Source of the DNA: Candidatus Eiseniibacteriota bacterium
Lineage (GTDB): Bacteria; Joyebacterota; Joyebacteria; Joyebacterales; Joyebacteraceae
Length of the DNA: 48,730 nt
Direction of reading: 5' to 3'
NCBI GenBank assembly: GCA_043819135.1
Contig: JBDRFG010000011.1
Location: 1-48,730, forward strand
Below the pieces are notes generated by a model. The model was not told the origin of the DNA. It saw only the letters and a list, made by a program, of their open reading frames with translations, and made no database searches. How positions within the stretch are numbered: the stretch's first letter is position 1; each line of letters begins with the position of its first letter. Shown piece after piece: positions 46,648 through 48,730 of the stretch. Made by a program: the position numbers and the translations under genes.

Positions 46648-48036
46648 CTACCCCCGCAGTTCGCGGAGCCTGCGGTCGGTCTCCTCAACCTTCGCCTGCT
46701 CCTTGAGCCAGAACTCGGGGTCCCGCTGGGCGTCCAGTTCCTCGACCGTCTTGCCCTGCTGCTCGACCCACGTGTAGTACTTGAGATTGAACCAGCTCTG
46801 CCGCGCGTGCCGGGTGCCTTCGCTGAACCAGTCGGTCCTGGCGTTGTGGAAGATGGACACGGTCCTGACCGCGGCTTCGGTCTCGTCCATCGCTCCGTAA
46901 GCTTCATCGAGCTGCTTCATCACGGAGTGGTAGCGGTCCATCGTGTCCGTGGCGATCGTGAAGACGCTGTCGCTCTCCCTGAGCCCGTAGAACTTGGCCG
47001 TCTTGATGGAGGCGAGCACGTTGCAGACGCCCGAGATACCCATGATCTCGGACATCTCGCGGATGCTCTTCTCCGGAACGCCGTAGCGGTCGGCCATGAC
47101 CTTCCAGCCGGCCTCCTCGGTCAGGAGCTGCAGCCCCTTTTTCGACTCGATGTCGTCGATGCAGGTGATCGCGTCCATCTCGAAGACGTTGTGGATCCAC
47201 GTGACGTGCTTGTCGCCGATGCCCTGGATGTCGTGTCCGCCGTACCCGTTCCAGTAAAGCGTCGGGCACTGGACGGGCTCGACGCCGATGGTCAGCGCGT
47301 CGTGGAACTCGTGCTTGATGCGCTCTCCGGCCGCTATCGTGCCGGCCGAGCCCATCGCCGACGCGAATGCCGCGATCTTCCCGTTGCCGATGCCCTTCTC
47401 CGCGAGTTCGGCCGCCACCTCGATACACGAGTTGCCCGTGCAGTAATAGTGGAAGCGGTAGTTTCCGAACTCCTCGAACTGGTTCATGATCCGGTTCTTC
47501 GGGTCCTTCCTGAGTTCGTTCGCCGCGTCGTAGATCTCCTTGACGTTACTCTCGCACCCGGGGGTCTTCACGTAGCGTGCGCCGTATCCCTCGATCTTGT
47601 CGAAGCGTTCCTGGCTCATGAGCTCGGGTAGAAGCACCAGCGAGTCGAACCCCATCCGCGGCCCCACGTACGCCCCGCCGATCCCGTAGTTCCCCGTCGA
47701 GGGCCAGACCAGAGTGTGCACGCCGGGCTCGATGTCTCCCTGGAGCTGGTGCTCCATGCATACGGAATACGTCGCGCCGACCTTGTGGCTCCGCGTCGGG
47801 AAGTCCTTGCTGTAAAGAACGACGATGTTGGCATCGACTCCGGTCAGCTCCTTCGGCAGTACCACGTAGTAGATCCCGCCTTCAATGTTTCGCCACGTGA
47901 TGTTGTACAGGTTGATCGGATCGAGTTCGTCTTCCTTCGCGGCTTTGAGGGCCCGCTCCCGGATCGCTGGGTCGATCTTGGAGGGATGGAGCATCTCTTC
48001 GAACGTGGGGCCGAACACGAGCTGCTTCGTTGCCAT
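46648..48036 (-). CDS. PLP-dependent fold-type II enzyme (cysteine synthase / threonine dehydratase superfamily)
   Basis: SHKVG (PLP lysine), PSTGNYG, MGSAGT phosphate loop and IQGIG. Confidence 0.82.
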   Translation of the reverse strand: MATKQLVFGPTFEEMLHPSKIDPAIRERALKAAKEDELDPINLYNITWRNIEGGIYYVVLPKELTGVDANIVVLYSKDFPTRSHKVGATYSVCMEHQLQGDIEPGVHTLVWPSTGNYGIGGAYVGPRMGFDSLVLLPELMSQERFDKIEGYGARYVKTPGCESNVKEIYDAANELRKDPKNRIMNQFEEFGNYRFHYYCTGNSCIEVAAELAEKGIGNGKIAAFASAMGSAGTIAAGERIKHEFHDALTIGVEPVQCPTLYWNGYGGHDIQGIGDKHVTWIHNVFEMDAITCIDDIESKKGLQLLTEEAGWKVMADRYGVPEKSIREMSEIMGISGVCNVLASIKTAKFYGLRESDSVFTIATDTMDRYHSVMKQLDEAYGAMDETEAAVRTVSIFHNARTDWFSEGTRHARQSWFNLKYYTWVEQQGKTVEELDAQRDPEFWLKEQAKVEETDRRLRELRG

Positions 48037-48070
48037 TGGTGTGTCCCCTCTCATCGGATGTTGAGCGGCG

Positions 48071-48139
48071 CGCGGGGTGACCCCCACCGCGAGTTGGACG
48101 CGAAGCGTCGACTGTCTGAGCGCCGGGGGTCACCCCGCG
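48071..48139 (+). repeat. 69-bp palindromic intergenic element, copy B
   Basis: 15-bp perfect inverted repeat cgcggggtgaccccc/gggggtcaccccgcg around a 39-nt core similar to copy A. Confidence 0.8.
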
Positions 48140-48165
48140 TGGCGCCCCGCCCCCGGCGTGGGGGC

Positions 48166-48729
48166 CTAAATGGCCACGTGTATTTCGAGTATGTCCTCGT
48201 CCTCGACGATGTGGTCGCGCTCTACGACCTGCCCGTCGAACTTGCCCGAGCCCCAGACCTTCGCGAACTTTAGATTGTCCGCGAACTCCCGGTGGATCTT
48301 GAACGCGACGTCCTGGACCGTGCTCCCGCGCTTGACCATGAACGGTTTCTTCATGTCGGCGTCCTTGCCCGGGATCTTACTGTAGACCCGCACGACGTCC
48401 AGGAACTCGTAGAGAACGTCCTTCATCTCGTCGAGACCCTCTCCGGTCTCCGCCGATATGGGAAGAACCCGGAATTCATCGCCGACCACCTCCAGGAAGA
48501 ACTCGAGGTTCTCCTCAGCCTTGGGACTGTCGCACTTGTTCGCTATGACGAGGGTGGGCTTGACGTTCCTTGGCAGCTCGATCTCCGAGGGGTCGTGCAC
48601 CGGCGACAGCCTGACGCCCTTCGTTGTGAGGATCTCCCTCACGAACAGGAACGAGTCGATGCAGTCGTCACTCGAAAGGTCGATGACCAGAAGGGCGGCG
48701 TCGGCGTTCCGGATGATCTCCGGCAGCCA
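48166..48729 (-). CDS. OBG-family, DRG-like GTPase with C-terminal TGS domain, 5'-partial
   Basis: IIRNADAALLVID, ANKCD (G4), ISAETG (G5), and TGS domain VRVYSK...TVQDVAFKIH...AKVWG...GQVV. The gene runs off the window end. Confidence 0.85.
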   Translation of the reverse strand, partial: WLPEIIRNADAALLVIDLSSDDCIDSFLFVREILTTKGVRLSPVHDPSEIELPRNVKPTLVIANKCDSPKAEENLEFFLEVVGDEFRVLPISAETGEGLDEMKDVLYEFLDVVRVYSKIPGKDADMKKPFMVKRGSTVQDVAFKIHREFADNLKFAKVWGSGKFDGQVVERDHIVEDEDILEIHVAI

Positions 48730-48730
48730 G

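Noticed and set aside
46648..48036. Naming the PLP enzyme cysK, thrC or ortB
   Set aside because: The fold is clear, but the length and motifs do not let me assign a specific reaction.

Overview
This is a GC-rich bacterial chromosomal segment of about 37 genes. I saw no rRNA, tRNA, CRISPR array or transposase. The gene content (C25 gingipain-like protease with a FlgD-Ig tail, secreted beta-helix proteins ending in a WGxIKAL motif) suggests an FCB-related lineage such as Eisenbacteria or Krumholzibacteriota; this is inference only. Most genes are housekeeping: pilT-like ATPase, nucleoside hydrolase, pepF, hflX, fused transketolase, bcp, nfo, otsB-like, USP, MscS, two M29 aminopeptidases, nadE, prolyl oligopeptidase, a DtxR-controlled feoAB operon, a PLP enzyme and a DRG-like GTPase. 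The standout is a five-gene minus-strand operon (11450-20837) behind a consensus sigma-54 promoter, encoding secreted DUF11 (TIGR01451) proteins. Their architecture reads as a split Ig domain: C-terminal DUF11 domains keep Lys and Asp but lack the final Asn-bearing strand, and that strand appears at the mature N-terminus of partner proteins. This fits a donor-strand-complemented, possibly isopeptide-cross-linked pilus with a tip adhesin, two pilins, a chaperone-like subunit and an outer-membrane beta-barrel base. Other notable items are a 69-bp palindromic element present twice with compensatory changes, a probable ATT start for hflX, a candidate C-terminal sorting motif, a DtxR regulator with a Cys-rich repeat tail, and a deleted nucleoside phosphorylase remnant. 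All calls come from reading the sequence and recalled motifs; no searches were run.
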